Made by a program: the position numbers and the translations under genes
Notes under the pieces: model-generated
Told to the model about the DNA's origin: nothing
The model's database searches: none
Seen by the model: only the letters and a program-made list of their open reading frames with translations
Assembly (NCBI GenBank): GCA_951406725.2
Contig: OX597838.1
Location: 31,496,001-31,560,000, forward strand
Origin: Octopus vulgaris
Lineage: Eukaryota
Direction: 5' to 3'
DNA: 64,000 nt
In this document: positions 39,649 to 52,320 of the stretch, in pieces
How the letters are laid out: each line of letters begins with the position of its first letter
Numbering within the stretch: the first letter of the stretch is position 1

Positions 39649-40840
39649 TTAATCAATAATGTGTTCACCCTTGTTCTTTACAACTTCTTCCCAATGTTCA
39701 TCAAGATTTTCAATACCTTGTTGGTAGAAACCACCCGATTTCGACTCAAAAAATTGATCCAACCAAGCTCTCAACTGTGCATCAGTATTGAACGAAACTC
39801 TGCACATAGCATTTGAAAGAGATCGAAAGAGGTGGAAATCCATTGGTGCCAAATCAGGAGAGTACGGCGGGTGTGGCAGCACTTCCCAGCCATGCGTTTG
39901 AATGGCTTCCTTGGTCATATTGGCGATATGAGGGCGGGTGTTGTCATGCAGCTGAAGAACTCTATGCTGCTGATGAGGTCTTTTCTCTTGAATAGCTGTG
40001 TTGAGTCGTACATAGAGTTCCACGTTGACTGTTTGGTTCCGTTCAAGCAATTCATAATGGATAATCCCTTCCCAGTTCCACCATATGCACAAGATTGTTT
40101 TTCGCAGATGAAGATCTTGTTTCACACACGGTGTCGCTTGTTTACTGGGGCTAAGCCATTCCTTATGCTGCTTCATATTTATATACAGGCACCATTTTTC
40201 ATCACCAGTAATGATTCGGTAAAGAAATTGTTGCTTGTGTCCATGAATTGAGTGGTGACGAGCAAGCAAACCAGCGGAGATTGTGGCCCATTGATTTTTG
40301 TTGTTGTCACTTAAAGCATGCAGAACCCATGCTCCATACTTCTGAACCTTTCCCATTGAGTGAAGATGCTCTCTATAACAGTGTGGGAGTATTCCATTTT
40401 TTCTGCCATTTCCCGTGTTGTTTGACGTGTAAAAGTTGGTTTAATCGCTCTGCATTGAAATCAACTGGACGACCAGAACGAGGTGCGTCTTTGAGGTCAA
40501 AATTTCCATTTTTGAACTTGGCATACCAATCACGAGTGGTTCTTTCAGCTATGGCACCCTCTCCATACACAGCACAAATGTTGCGAGCAGCTTTTGCAGC
40601 CTTAGAACCTTGATTAAAAGCAAAAAGAAGGAGGTGTCGAAAATGTTCGTTTTTCTTAACTTGACATTCCATTTTAATGATCTGAAAATAAACAAAAATT
40701 AACAAGCAAAAAAAAAACAAAAAAAGCAAAATAGATTCCAAAATGATTCAAAAATAGAATTCTTGAAAAAAATAGATTCCAAAATTTAAAAATGCAATAA
40801 ATTCCAAAATTTACAAAACAGTGGGAACTCGCCAACCCAA
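39649..40840 (-). mobile_element. Mariner DD34D transposon (mellifera-subfamily-like) with frameshifted transposase
   Basis: 5' end TA|TTGGGTTGGC at 40840; MECQVKKNEHFRH..RSGRP from 40672; after a frameshift TGDEKW, LHDNTRPH and YSPDLAPMD with 34 residues between D2 and D3; 3' TIR missing. Confidence 0.92.
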
Positions 40841-41358
40841 TACATAGTTTAGGAAGAGTCAACTCCGAAAGGATTTGAATTCAGAAAAGAATGAAACTAC
40901 TCATATTATTCAATGATCTGCTGTTTTTTCCATCTATTTCCATTCAAAAATCTGTTGAAAATGAATTATTTTACCATGGAAATTAGTTTTTGCCCCCTCC
41001 CCCGCCTCATTTGGGAAACAGCTTGATAATTGCTTCTGAATTAGGTAGGTACAAGGCCAAGCAATTTTTAGGGGAGAAATTTAGCCACTACTACTGATCC
41101 CCAGTACTTGACTAGTACTTTATTTTATTGACCCTTGTGTGATGTAAAGCAAAGGTGATGTTGGTAGGATTTGAACTAGGATGTAAAGAGTTAGAAAAAA
41201 TACCATGTGATTTTTTTTTGTTTCCTTGTTGCACAAATGAAATGTTTCAAATTTTTCTCTGACACCAGTGTCATTGTGTGACCATATATGGACTGACAAT
41301 AGTCTCTGGCATCAATTCAGTCAGTGATTCAAATAACAAAAGATTACTTATATATATA

Positions 41359-41620
41359 TCATCATCGTCATTGTTTAATGTCCATTTTCCGTGCTGGCAT
41401 GGGTTGGACGGTTTGACTGAGGCCTGGAAAGCCAGCGGCTGCACCAGGCTCCGATTTCATCTGGCAATGTCTCTACAGCTGGATGCCCTTCCTAACGCCA
41501 ACCACTCTGAGAGTGTAAGTGGGTGCTTTTTATGTGCCACCAGCACAGGAGCCAGTGAGGTGGCCCTGGTATTGATTATGTTTGGATAGTGCTTTTTATG
41601 TGCCACCGGCATGGGAGGCA
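41359..41620 (-). mobile_element. RTE 3' UTR fragment
   Basis: Family C motifs. Confidence 0.8.
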
Positions 41621-41649
41621 GTCACAAATGACCATGGTATTGTACCTAG

Positions 41650-41912
41650 AAAGTTCCCCTCCAAGGCACAAGTCTGCTCAAAATTGTTTATGGAAGACCA
41701 GCAGTCGTCCATGCATACAAGCCTCCCCTCTCCACGCCACTTATGTTATCCAAGGGAAAGGCAAAGGGGCCGATACAGCTTGGCACCAGTGATGTTGCAA
41801 CTCATTTCTACAGGTGAGTGAACTGGAGCAACATGAAATGAAGTGTCTTACTCAAGAACACAATACACAGTCTGATCTGGGAATCAAACTCACTACCTCT
41901 TGATTGTGAACC
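41650..41912 (-). mobile_element. tRNA-derived SINE (family E; related copy at ~60430-60680)
   Basis: Minus strand GAGTTTGATTCC B-box then GTGTTCTTGAGTAAGACACTT..TTGCTCCAGTTCACTCA. Confidence 0.7.
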
Positions 41913-41921
41913 TATATATCG

Positions 41922-42305
41922 GTGCATGTATGGCTGTGTGGTAACATGTTTGCTTCCCAACCACATGGTTTCAGGTTCAGTCCCACTGTATGACATCTTG
42001 GGCAATTGTCTTCTATTATAGCCTCAAGCCAGCTCAAGCGTTGCAAGTGGTTTTGGTAGGTGGAAACACTGAAAGAAGCCTGTCACATATGTATGTATGT
42101 GTCTGTGTTTGTCATCCACCACTGCTTGACTACTGGTGCTGGTGTGCTTACATCCCCATAACTTAGCAGTTAGGCAAAAAAAGATCAATAGAGTAAGTGC
42201 CAGGTTTAAAATAATAAAGTATTGGACTCAATTCATTCGGCTAAAATTCTTCAAGGCAGTGGCCCAGCATGGTAGCAGTCCAATGACTGGAACATGTAAA
42301 AGATA
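41922..42305 (+). mobile_element. Family A SINE
   Basis: Complete diverged copy. Confidence 0.85.
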
Positions 42306-42773
42306 TCCATCCATCCATCCATCCATCCCCCATCCCATCCCATTATTTACATCTTTATATGTGTGGATCTGTGTCTCCATATGTGTCTGTTCATGTGTGT
42401 GTGTGTATACACTTTTTTTTTTATTCCATTGTTTACATTTGATGGATATTTGTCCTCATCTTGTTTGTTGTTAACTCGTTTCGGCTGATAAACCCCCCAG
42501 TCTTCATCACGTGCCTTGATGAAGGGTGGAGGGTATATCAGCCGAAACATTGTGTTAACAACAAACAAGATGACAAATATACATCAAATGTAAATAATGT
42601 ACATAATTCCTCATCTCTTAAATATAGAACTGTAATATATATTACAGTTCTATATTTAAGAGATGAAGAATTATGCGCATTATTTACATTTGTCCTCATC
42701 TTGTGTGTTGTTAACACTTATTGGCTGATATACCCTCCAGCCTTCTTCAGGTGTCTTGGGGAAATTTTGAAAT

Positions 42774-43255
42774 TTTGTCTATCCTATGTGAAAGGCCTCT
42801 CTGAAAAGATACAAAAGATATACAGCCCATATGACCTCAGGACAGTATTTAAGAGTAATATAACACTTTGCAAATATCTCCTTTGGGTAAAAACATCAAT
42901 AGAAGAGAATATGACCAAAGATTGCGTGTACTCCACCCCATACAGCTGTGGTAGTTTATACAAAGGCGAAACATGCTGCCCCTTCAAAATAAGGGTAGAC
43001 GAACATCGCAAAACTATGACATGAGGAGATATTGATAAATCAGGTATAGCTGATCATGTATGGAAAAATGGAGACCACCTCCCCCTGTGGGATGAAGTTG
43101 AAATAATAGATTGAGAACACCATTGGAAAATATGAAAACTAAAAGAAGCAGCACATATGCTAGGACACAATAACCTCCTAAGTGGACTGAGTGCAGATAT
43201 GAGCAGCATATGGGACCCGGTATTAAGGAAGGATAGGAAAATATTAGATTTATAA
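42774..43255 (+). pseudogene. Penelope linker and GIY-YIG endonuclease pseudogene
   Basis: LSYVKGLSEKIQKI..CVYSTPYSCGSLYKGET..FKIRVDEH..KSGIADHVW..WDEVEIID..KLKEAAHM; single frame with three internal TGA stops. Confidence 0.88.
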
Positions 43256-43284
43256 GCCCTAAACTTCACTCCATATTTGCCCGC

Positions 43285-43357
43285 GGGCATATGGCGTAGT
43301 GGTTAAGAGCGTGGGCTACTAACCCCAAGATTCCGAGTTCAATTCCAAGCAGAGACC
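43285..43357 (+). ncRNA. tRNA-like Pol III module inside the PLE 3' region (not a functional tRNA)
   Basis: A-box TGGCGTAGTGG 43292-302, anticodon-like arm GGG-CTACTAA-CCC, B-box GAGTTCAATTCC 43335-46; acceptor stem does not pair; followed by (AAT)n. Confidence 0.7.
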
Positions 43358-43509
43358 TGAACAACAATAATAATAATAATAACATTGATAAATGAGAACC
43401 CAGGTTCGAAATTTCCCTGAAGAAGGCTGGATGGTATATCAGCTGAAACGTGTTAACAACAAACAAGATGACAACAAATATCCATTGAATGTAAATAATG
43501 TAAATGTAA

Positions 43510-44282
43510 TCATCATCATCCGCTTTCCATGCTAGCATGGGTTGGACGGTTCAACTGGGGTCTGTGAAGCCAGAAGGCTGCATCAGGCCCAGTCTTATCT
43601 GGCAGTGTTTCTATGGCTGGATGCCCTTCCTAACGCCAACCACTCTGTGAGTGTAGTGGGTGCTTTTTACGTGTAGTATGCTTTATATCATCACCGTTTA
43701 ACATCCATGTTCCATGCTGGCATGGGCTGGACAGTTTGGCAGGATCCAATGGGCCCAAAGACTGCATTGTATTCCAGTATCTACTTGGACATGGTATCTA
43801 CAGCTGAATGCCCTTCTTAACACCGACCACTTTTTACAGTGTGTACTGGGTGCTTTTTTATTTTTGTGCCACCAGCACTAGTGAGGCCGTCCTGCAGTTT
43901 GCAAGCCTATGAATCCTGAGAGTATGTCTAAGTAGTTATGTAGTTCATTTCTCAGTGAAGATCATCATCATCATCGTTTAACGTCTGCTTTCCATGCTAG
44001 CATGGGTTGGATGGTTCAACTGGGGTCTGGGAAGCCAGAAGGCTGCACCAGGCTCCAGTCTGATCTGGCAGTGTTTCTACAGCTGGATGCCCTTCCTAAT
44101 GCCAACCACTCCGTGAGTGTAGTGGGTACTTTTTACGTGCCACTGGTACAGGTTCCAGACGAGGCTGGCAAACGGCTACGATTGGATGGTGCTTTTTACG
44201 TGCCACTGGCATGGAGGCCAGATGAGGCTGGCAACAGTCACAATCGGATGGTGCTTTTTACGTGCCACCGGCACGGAGGCCT
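43510..44282 (-). mobile_element. Three consecutive RTE 3' end copies
   Basis: Copies at ~43510-43675, ~43688-43900 and ~43963-44282. Confidence 0.82.
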
Positions 44283-44994
44283 TTAATCTCACTGCAAGGC
44301 ACTCAAACCAAGTGCCTTTTACCATGAAATCAACCCAACCCTTTCATTGAAATCAAGTAAATGGAAGCTGTGTAGAAGCCTGTTAAATTAACTGTACCCG
44401 CAATTTGAATGCCCTTCATTATCGCATACACACTGTCATGCTGAGAATACTTGATGATTATGTTACGCATACTGGATACAAGTGCTTGTGGAATATTCAG
44501 CCACTTTACACTGCAATTTGCCAAAAATAAAACCTGCCAAATATCCCACAAATCACATTCTACCATCCTAAAAACTCAAAACATTGGATTATGAAGAAGC
44601 CATGTTCAACTTGCTTGAAATAATAACAAAATCATGTCTTTCTGCTCAGAAAAGAACAACTCTTCATTGAATAATGTGTTCATGAGTTGCATTGATCAAG
44701 AGTGGTATCTTGTGTCCTGTGTCTTCTTGATCAAGACTGGCCCAATCTAATCATCAGGGACATATGACAACAGACTGAAATAATATAGAAATCATGAATA
44801 AAAATGACTGAATGGCTTTAGTTTTGAACTACTATCAGCTTTTGGTTTTATGAGTTCAAGTTTACATATGAATATTGTTGACTCTCTGGTCAGGGTACTT
44901 TATTCTACATCTTGCAGTTTGGAAAATCACTTGCAATCAAACATAAGTCCTATCTAGGATGAGTTTGTTTCTCATTTGTTAACATTAAAAAAAT

Positions 44995-45362
44995 CAAAAT
45001 CGAAATCAATCAACATCAATGGAATTTGTAGCTGTGATACCAGTGCCAGTGGCACGTAAGAGAACCATCCGAACGCGGCGGTTGCCAGCCTCTCCTGGCC
45101 TCCGTGCCGGTGGCACATAAAAAGCACCATCTGATCATGGCCGCTGTCAGCCTCACCTGGCCTCCGTGCCGGTGGCACGTAAAAAGCACCCACTACATTC
45201 ACAGAGTGGTTGGCGTTAGGAAGGGCATCCAGCCGTAGAAACATTGCCAGATCAGACTGGAAGCTGGTGCAGCCTTCTGGCTTCCTAGACCCCAGTTGAA
45301 CCATCCAACCCATGCTAGCATGGAAAGCGGACGCTAAACGATGATGATGATGATGATGATGA
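44995..45362 (+). mobile_element. RTE 3' UTR with (GAT)n tail
   Basis: Three GTGGCACGTAAAAAGCACC-type units, GGACGCTAAAC(GAT)n end. Confidence 0.88.
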
Positions 45363-45864
45363 GTAATCCTTAGTCTTGTGGATTCTTCAGTTTTATGACA
45401 GGCTTCACTGTTATATCAATAACGGCATTTAAGAATTTCTGTTCAGCATTTTTGTGTGTTTGTAAATACACTAACAATACAATAATTACAGCATATATAC
45501 ACTATTTACACGTGTGTGTATGAGTATACATACACCTATGCTATATATGTGTGATTATAGAGTCTCGGTAGAAAACAACAACTTGCAACAATACATGTTT
45601 ATTGTGTTTATAAATATAGTATCTGTTGAGTAATTTAGCAGCTGGTTGAAATAGTTGACAACCTCTCACTTGCAAGGTCATGTTTCATACTCTGATGTGA
45701 AAAACAATGATTTTTTTTTGGTTTTTTGTAACCAAGCTTAAGTGTATATTAAGAAGACCACAAGAGGAATGAACAGATGTTATTGCCAGAAATATGGCAC
45801 AAATGAATCCAAAGTCAGTTTTTTGTTGATGCAGCAGCAGTAAAAATTTTAAACAGACAGCATA

Positions 45865-45903
<39 letters not shown>

Positions 45904-47379
45904 CTGTCTGCCTGCCTGTCTGTCTGTCTATCTTTATATCTATCTATCTTTATATCTATCTCTGTCTGCTTGCCTGCCTGCCTGCCTGTGTCTGTCTGTC
46001 TATCTTTATATCTATCTATATAAATGTTAATCAGTACATTAATAAGATAATAATTGCAGTAATTGCATGATTATATTGGCAAATATAGATTTCTAACATT
46101 GGCATCAGGCCATAAATTTTGAGGAAGGATAGTTGATCAAATCAACTCTACCTCGCACTTATTTGAACAGAAAACATTTTATTGACCCCTGAAGGGGAGT
46201 TGAGTAGCAGAATAAGTAGTGTCAGATAAGATACCTTGTGATATTTAATTATGTATTTTATGACAGGGAGTAGCGTCCCTGCCTTCTGAGCTAATTTTCC
46301 ACCACATTTCTTAAGAACCATGGTAGAGGGTCCTTGGTCTCAGGACCACTCATGTCTAGAAACTGAGGTTGAGGGGTAAGCAAGGGCATGCTCCCCATAG
46401 AAAATTCAGCTCTGAAAAAGCCTTGTAACAATAGCAAAGCCTCATGATAGGGGTTTAAAACCCACTGCAGTCAACTTTGACTTTAATCCTTCTGGGTTTG
46501 ATAAAATAAAATAGCAGTTAAGTATCATTGTTTAGATTAGTAAATAATATTATTTAGATTAGTGAAGAACTCCAGGTATTCTTGTGGCAGGGTCCGAGGT
46601 TATAGTTCATCATCATTCTATATTGTAAATTCATAGTTGTGCCCCATCTTTTATACCAAGACAAAACAGGTACATGACAACACTCCTAATCAGTTAAGAT
46701 CAGAAGCCATGAGAGCCACTGCTTGGTATTGCATCAGATTATCATTTTGGCGATTTTGCATTTTGAAAGGCAAAGTCACTGAGGTTGACTTTGCTTTTCA
46801 TCCTTTTGGGGTCAATAAATTAAGTACCAGTTGAACACTGGGGTTGATGCCATCGACACATCCCCTGCCCTTGTGGCAAAATTTGAAACCATTATTATTA
46901 TTATTATTATTATTATAAAATCTGAGGAGAGAAAATAGAACCTGTCGCATTTTCAAACTTTCTTAGGGAGATTTTTTTGATAAAAAAAATGACTATATCA
47001 TGTTGGAAGAGCAACAAAAACTTGATTGAAATCTTGTGCAAATTACTTCCAATTGCTAAGATGACATTGAAGGTACCATACATTATCTGTCTTACATTTT
47101 CTGCACTATTTGTAAAGAGTTTATGAAGACATTTATACAAACGGTAGTGCTCCAGCATGGCCCACTGGTTTGGAATATTTAAAAAGTATATGAATGTATT
47201 ATATGGTATTTATTATAATACTAAAAATTACTTGAAAATGTTTCCACCCTCTGTCAGTATTTATGGTATGTCACTGGCAGCATTTGGGTAGCACTTTGTG
47301 TATAAGGTGGAACAGATCTGTTCATTTCTCATGGACTTTTGAGCTAATATTTTATAACAATGTACTACTTTAGTGTTGT

Positions 47380-47565
47380 ATTTGTTTAGTCCCAGGTTAG
47401 GGGCAGATCTATGATCAAAACTGTTCCATTTGTGACCAGTCTGCTGTTTCATACATCAAGTATAAGAACTTTACTATCCAATTTGTCTTTGTTTTTTGTT
47501 TTTTTTTGAAGATGGTAAGGTGTGGCTTAATTGAGATTTAGTTGCTATTTCTAGCAGGTCAAACA
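47380..47565 (-). repeat. Short interspersed repeat family D (about a dozen copies, e.g. 8790-9010, 10275-10460, 18490-18735, 35865-36045, 58390-58575, 59640-59820)
   Basis: Shared TTTAGCCCCAGGTCA...GTGTGATTTGA.AGAGATTT.GCTGCTATTTCTAGCAGGTCG motifs. Confidence 0.7.
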
Positions 47566-47616
47566 ACAAGTTGGTTTGCAATCAATTGTTTTAATTGTGG
47601 TTGCAAAGATTTAGGC

Positions 47617-47861
47617 TATTGGTTCTCAACTGGGTTCCATATGAGATTTTGTTAAAATTTATTTTATGTGTAAGAAAAATTGGTTGTGCTTCTACAATAC
47701 ACAGAATATTAAATTTTTAAAAATAAAATTCCTAATAATAATTATAAAAGTACAGTAAGATTTTTTTTTTCTTATATACACAGCAAATGGCTATAGAGGG
47801 TCCAGGAGAGTAAGATAGGCATCAAAGGGGTCCTTTGGAAAAAAATGGTTGAGAACCATTG
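47617..47861. mobile_element. hAT-like MITE
   Basis: TIR TATTGGTTCTCAAC / GTTGAGAACCATTG (CAGTGGTTCTCAAC type), degenerate 8-bp TSD. Confidence 0.65.
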
Positions 47862-50800
47862 GATTAGGTGAACTAAATAGCATATTGGATTGTGAATTAA
47901 TGATGTCTTCTTTGAGATTGTAATTCTTAAGCCACATCCTTCTCAAGAAAATTAATTTTAACCCTTAGAGACATAACCTAACTTCAGAAAATAGCTTGGA
48001 GGTTGAGTACATTGTCAGGAATATAACACATGTTAACCCTTTTAACATTCAGATCACTTTGTCAAATGTAATGTTTATTTATTCACATTTTTTAAAAAGT
48101 TAATCATGCATTATCTTGTGGCTTTGAGATTTTGAAGATGTGATTGTTTATTTTTAGATTAACGTTGTAGGCTAAGTGTGAATGGTTGGAACTGGTCAGT
48201 TTCAACAAAAGATAGGTAGAAGAATATTTGGGCTGGATATGGCTGGTTTGGAATCCAAAATTAAAATCTTCGACAGCATAACATTACTTCAACACATTTA
48301 TCTGTCCCTCTCACACAATGTACTTAATTTGAGATATTTGACACCTCTCACTTGCAAATTCTTGTTCATATTGTGGTAGTAATTTAAAATTTTTTATCTC
48401 ACAAGATGCTGATACAGCTTTTGTAGTTAGGGGGTTTGATTTGCAACCATCTGGCTCTAGGTTTCTCACTGTGTGATGATATTTTGGGAAAGTGTCTTGA
48501 GTGAACCCTTATCTTGTGTAGAATTTAGCACAGCTGTGTGGTAAGTAGCTTGCTTACCAACCACATGGTTTCGGGTTCAGTCCCACTGCATGGCACCTTG
48601 GGCAACTGTCTTCTATAGCTTATGAGAGAAATTCAGTAGGTGAAAACAGATATAAAGTGCGCACATGCGAGCATGTATGTGTGTGTGTGGTGGGAAAATT
48701 ATGCATGTGTACAATGCATAAAAGCACCCGGTCCACACTGTAAAGTGGTTGGTGTTTGGAAGAGCCTCCAGCTGTAAAAACCTTGCTGAAACTGACCTTG
48801 CCTATGCTTATGCCACATAAAAAGCACCAAGTCCACTCTACTGAGAGGTTGATGTTAGGAAGGGCATCCAGCTGTAAAAATCCTGCCAAAACAGTCACAA
48901 AAGCCTGGTGCAGGGTTCTGCCTGGTCAGCTCTTGTGAAACCATCCCACCCATGGAAGGTGGATGTTAAACAATGATGATGATATAGCTTTCACAAATGT
49001 TTATTTGTGACCCCAGAACTTATTTCTGTCTGGCACTTATTTTATCAATCTATATTTTATCAATTGGTTAAGTTAGCATTTTGAAAGAGCACCAGTTTTG
49101 CTTCACTAGCAGTGTTGTGTCAAACCACGTACTACATATTCTTTATGGTGAACTGAAGATTATGGTAGGAAATACTTGTCCAAGATTCTATTCAATGAGA
49201 TTGAACCTGAAACACTGCATGGTTGTGAAGCAAATATCTCCACACCTATGTCTGTAGTCATTTCACTTGCATCAAAACTCAGTTTATTTATTATATCAAG
49301 AAAGAAAAGATTGTAAAACTTTTACAGTGTTATTTTGGTCAGATTAGTTTTATCATTTAACACCGTAAGCAGGACATTGCTAAATAATTTTAAAACTTGA
49401 TTTGAACTTATTTCTAATTTCAAAACTACTTGAGAATGTATGCTTGAAACAAACTGCTTATTCTTTTCAAATATTACGTAAGACCCAGTTAAACTTTTTG
49501 CATCTTAATTGTATTTGAAGAAGAAATCAATAGTAGTTTTTGGGAATATGACTTATTTTTACTATTTCCAAGTATTTTCCATAAGTTTTGAAATCAATTT
49601 CAGTTGCCATTGTGATTTCAGTCTGGTAAGTAGGTGTATAAAAAAGCAGAGAAACCCATGGTTACAGTAGTTAATTTCCCTTCTTCTCATTCGCTTATCT
49701 CTTTATGCATATGTTGACCACTTTGCAGTGCTTATTACTAGGTTTTAGTCATCTGTCTGTAAAAATTACTTTCACTTCTATTTTTGGTTTATATTAAGAA
49801 AAGATCACTGCTTGTTATTGCCTGGGTGTCAAGCATTACTATATACTAGTGCCATATTTGGGTGCAGGGATGGCCATGTGGTAAAAAGGTTTGCTTCATA
49901 ATCACATGGTTCTAGGTTCATTCTTGCCACATGACAACTTGGCCAGTGTTTCTTACTATAATTTTGAACTGACCAAAGTCTCATGAATGAAATTGAACAG
50001 AAGGAAACTGCGAAAGCCTGTCAAATGGCCTGTGCCTTTTGTAGGGAGTTAAATGTAATGGCATCCTGCTGAACACCACCACCTGGTGCTTTTAGAGGAG
50101 TCCACTGTTTCGTGCATTTTAGGCCCAGGTTTCCAGTCTGAGGATTACCCTTTCCTTTCTTCCACCAGTGTCATGGGGTCCTGCAGAAATGGCGTAGGTG
50201 CTGCCTTCTCTCTTCTGACTAAGTTATAAAAACAAAAATATTCTTGAAGGGGTTTGATGTTAAATACATTTACTGGACTAACAATAGATTCCAGACATTT
50301 CATAGACAATGATACTTCGACTATTTCTAATGAAAGAAGCGTGATATAATAAAGATCAATTTGTATGCCATGAGTGAAGTGCTGACATTTCAGAAAAGGC
50401 CCTTTCCTTGAAGACGATTTGAACTTAGTTTATTTGAGATTCTAACTCCCACTGCTCTTTCCAATTTTACTGGAGTTTGTTTGCACTTTCTCAGTGGCTA
50501 AGTTCTTGTTTCTAGATTTGACTGAATTATCTAATTTTGGTTTAATTCCTAGTTGGAACTATGTTGTTGTTTTAAGTCTCTGTCTCCCTTCTCCATGAAT
50601 ATAAGACTTTATTACCCAATACAAATAATCATTACTAATGTGACTGTGTGAATGATATTAATAGAGTATTGTACTATGATTTAGTACCTGTAATATATGT
50701 GGTCAAATCAACTGAAAACTCCTCTTCAACTATAGATTTGATATAGTTTGTAGTCAAATGAAAATATTATCAACGTTAGTAGGGTGGGGCACATGTCGAG

Positions 50801-51659
50801 GTTGTAAGTCCACAGGTGAATCTGGAATTTTCTATTGATATGGCTTCACTTTAGTTTTATATTGGGAAAGGTATGAGTGTCATAAAACCATTTTCTCTTT
50901 TACCTATAGTTCTAAAGATTCTTGTCAAATCACAAGCTCATTGATGTTTAACCCTAGGTCATCCCTGATCTAGCAGACCTCTCATAAAAGGGATTTCAGC
51001 AATACCCATTTCATCTTTTTTCTAGACATAATGTACCGGGATTATGTTTTTCTGGTGAGATATGGCTACTGTTTTTAGCAGGTTGAATGATTGTATTAAA
51101 AGTTCATTCTTTGTTCAAAGCTGCTGTTTATTAGTCTATGAGATGAAATTGAAACAAAATTTTTAGAAGCAGGTCCTATGCCTTTAAAAACCAAAACCTT
51201 GGTCAAGATGGTCCTTACTTCATCTTATTTTCAATTTGATTTCTGCTAATGCAAGCCAGCAAGTATTAGTCTACTAATTGTTGTGACTATCCTTATTTAC
51301 AAACTATTATAATTTGTCTGCTTTCTACATTGGTAGTTAAGCAATTCTAGTGAATGTGCTTATTTACGAAAAACACTAGTTTGTCTGTTCCATACACAGT
51401 CAACCAATTCTATAGTTTGTCTGCACTTTACATAGTCAGTTTCCATATTTAAATTATGCTATAAATTATTTTGTCAATAATATCAGTTGTTACATTATTA
51501 TTAACGTCTAATATTTCAACTAAATATTTTTTTAGTACATCTACCTGTAATATAAACTAATGACTATGTAGAGTTTTTATTTGTTCACTAAGTGACTTGA
51601 TTTGAGTCTTTGTGTTGCTGATACTGGATCAATAACATTGTGGTAGAAGAGTCATTATA

Positions 51660-52320
51660 CTCATCTTTTATCTTCTACTTGTTTCAGTCACTGAACTTAG
51701 GCCATGCTGGAGCAGCAACCTGGAAGGGTTTTAGTTGACTGTATCAGTTCCTGTATTTATTGGTGTTGGCTTGTTTACATCCTTGTAACTTGTTGAACTC
51801 TGTTAAGTTACAGGGATGTAAACAAGCCAACACCAGTTAAGTAGTGGGTGGGTTGGGGTGGACAAACAAAATATAAGCATTAAGGCATCCACACACACAC
51901 ACACACACACATGCTCACATGCACATAACTGGCTTCTTTCAGTTTCCGTCTACTATATATTTCTTTACTACCCACAAGGGGCTAAACACAGAGGGGACAA
52001 ACAAGGACAGACAAACGGATTAAGTCGATTACATCGACCACAGTGCGTAACTGGTACTTAATTTATCGACCCTGAAAGGATGAAAGGCAAAGTCGACCTA
52101 GGCGTAATTTGAACTCAGAACGTAATGGCGGACGAAATACCGCTAAGCATTTCGCCCGGTATGCTAATGACTCTGCCAGCTCGCCGTCCTTTCTGTCTAC
52201 TATATCCATTCACAAGGCTTTGGTTGGCCCAAGACACCTGTCCTAGGTGTTGTGCAATATAATTGAACCCAAGACCAGATGGTTGGAAAGTAAGCTTCAC
52301 ACCCACATGGCCATACCTGC
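51660..52320 (-). mobile_element. Old family A SINE with a young family B SINE nested at ~51958-52190
   Basis: Duplicated TTTC(C/T)GTCTACTATAT on both sides of the nested copy. Confidence 0.8.

Larger units (their letters stand above)
42420..43508 (+). mobile_element. 5'-truncated Penelope-like element with inverted and direct pLTR copies
   Basis: C-terminal ORF remnant plus four pLTR copies (-,+,-,ORF,+), each containing a CTGAnGA-AGGCTG..CAGCC-GAAAC hammerhead remnant. Confidence 0.9.

Noticed and set aside
43022-43135. Three in-frame TGA codons as possible selenocysteine recoding (described for Naiad PLEs)
   Set aside because: The positions fit Arg CGA>TGA decay in an old truncated copy; no SECIS was recognised and the endonuclease is C-terminal
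43285-43357. Functional tRNA-Ser(ACT) gene
   Set aside because: Acceptor stem unpaired, no long variable arm, no poly-T terminator
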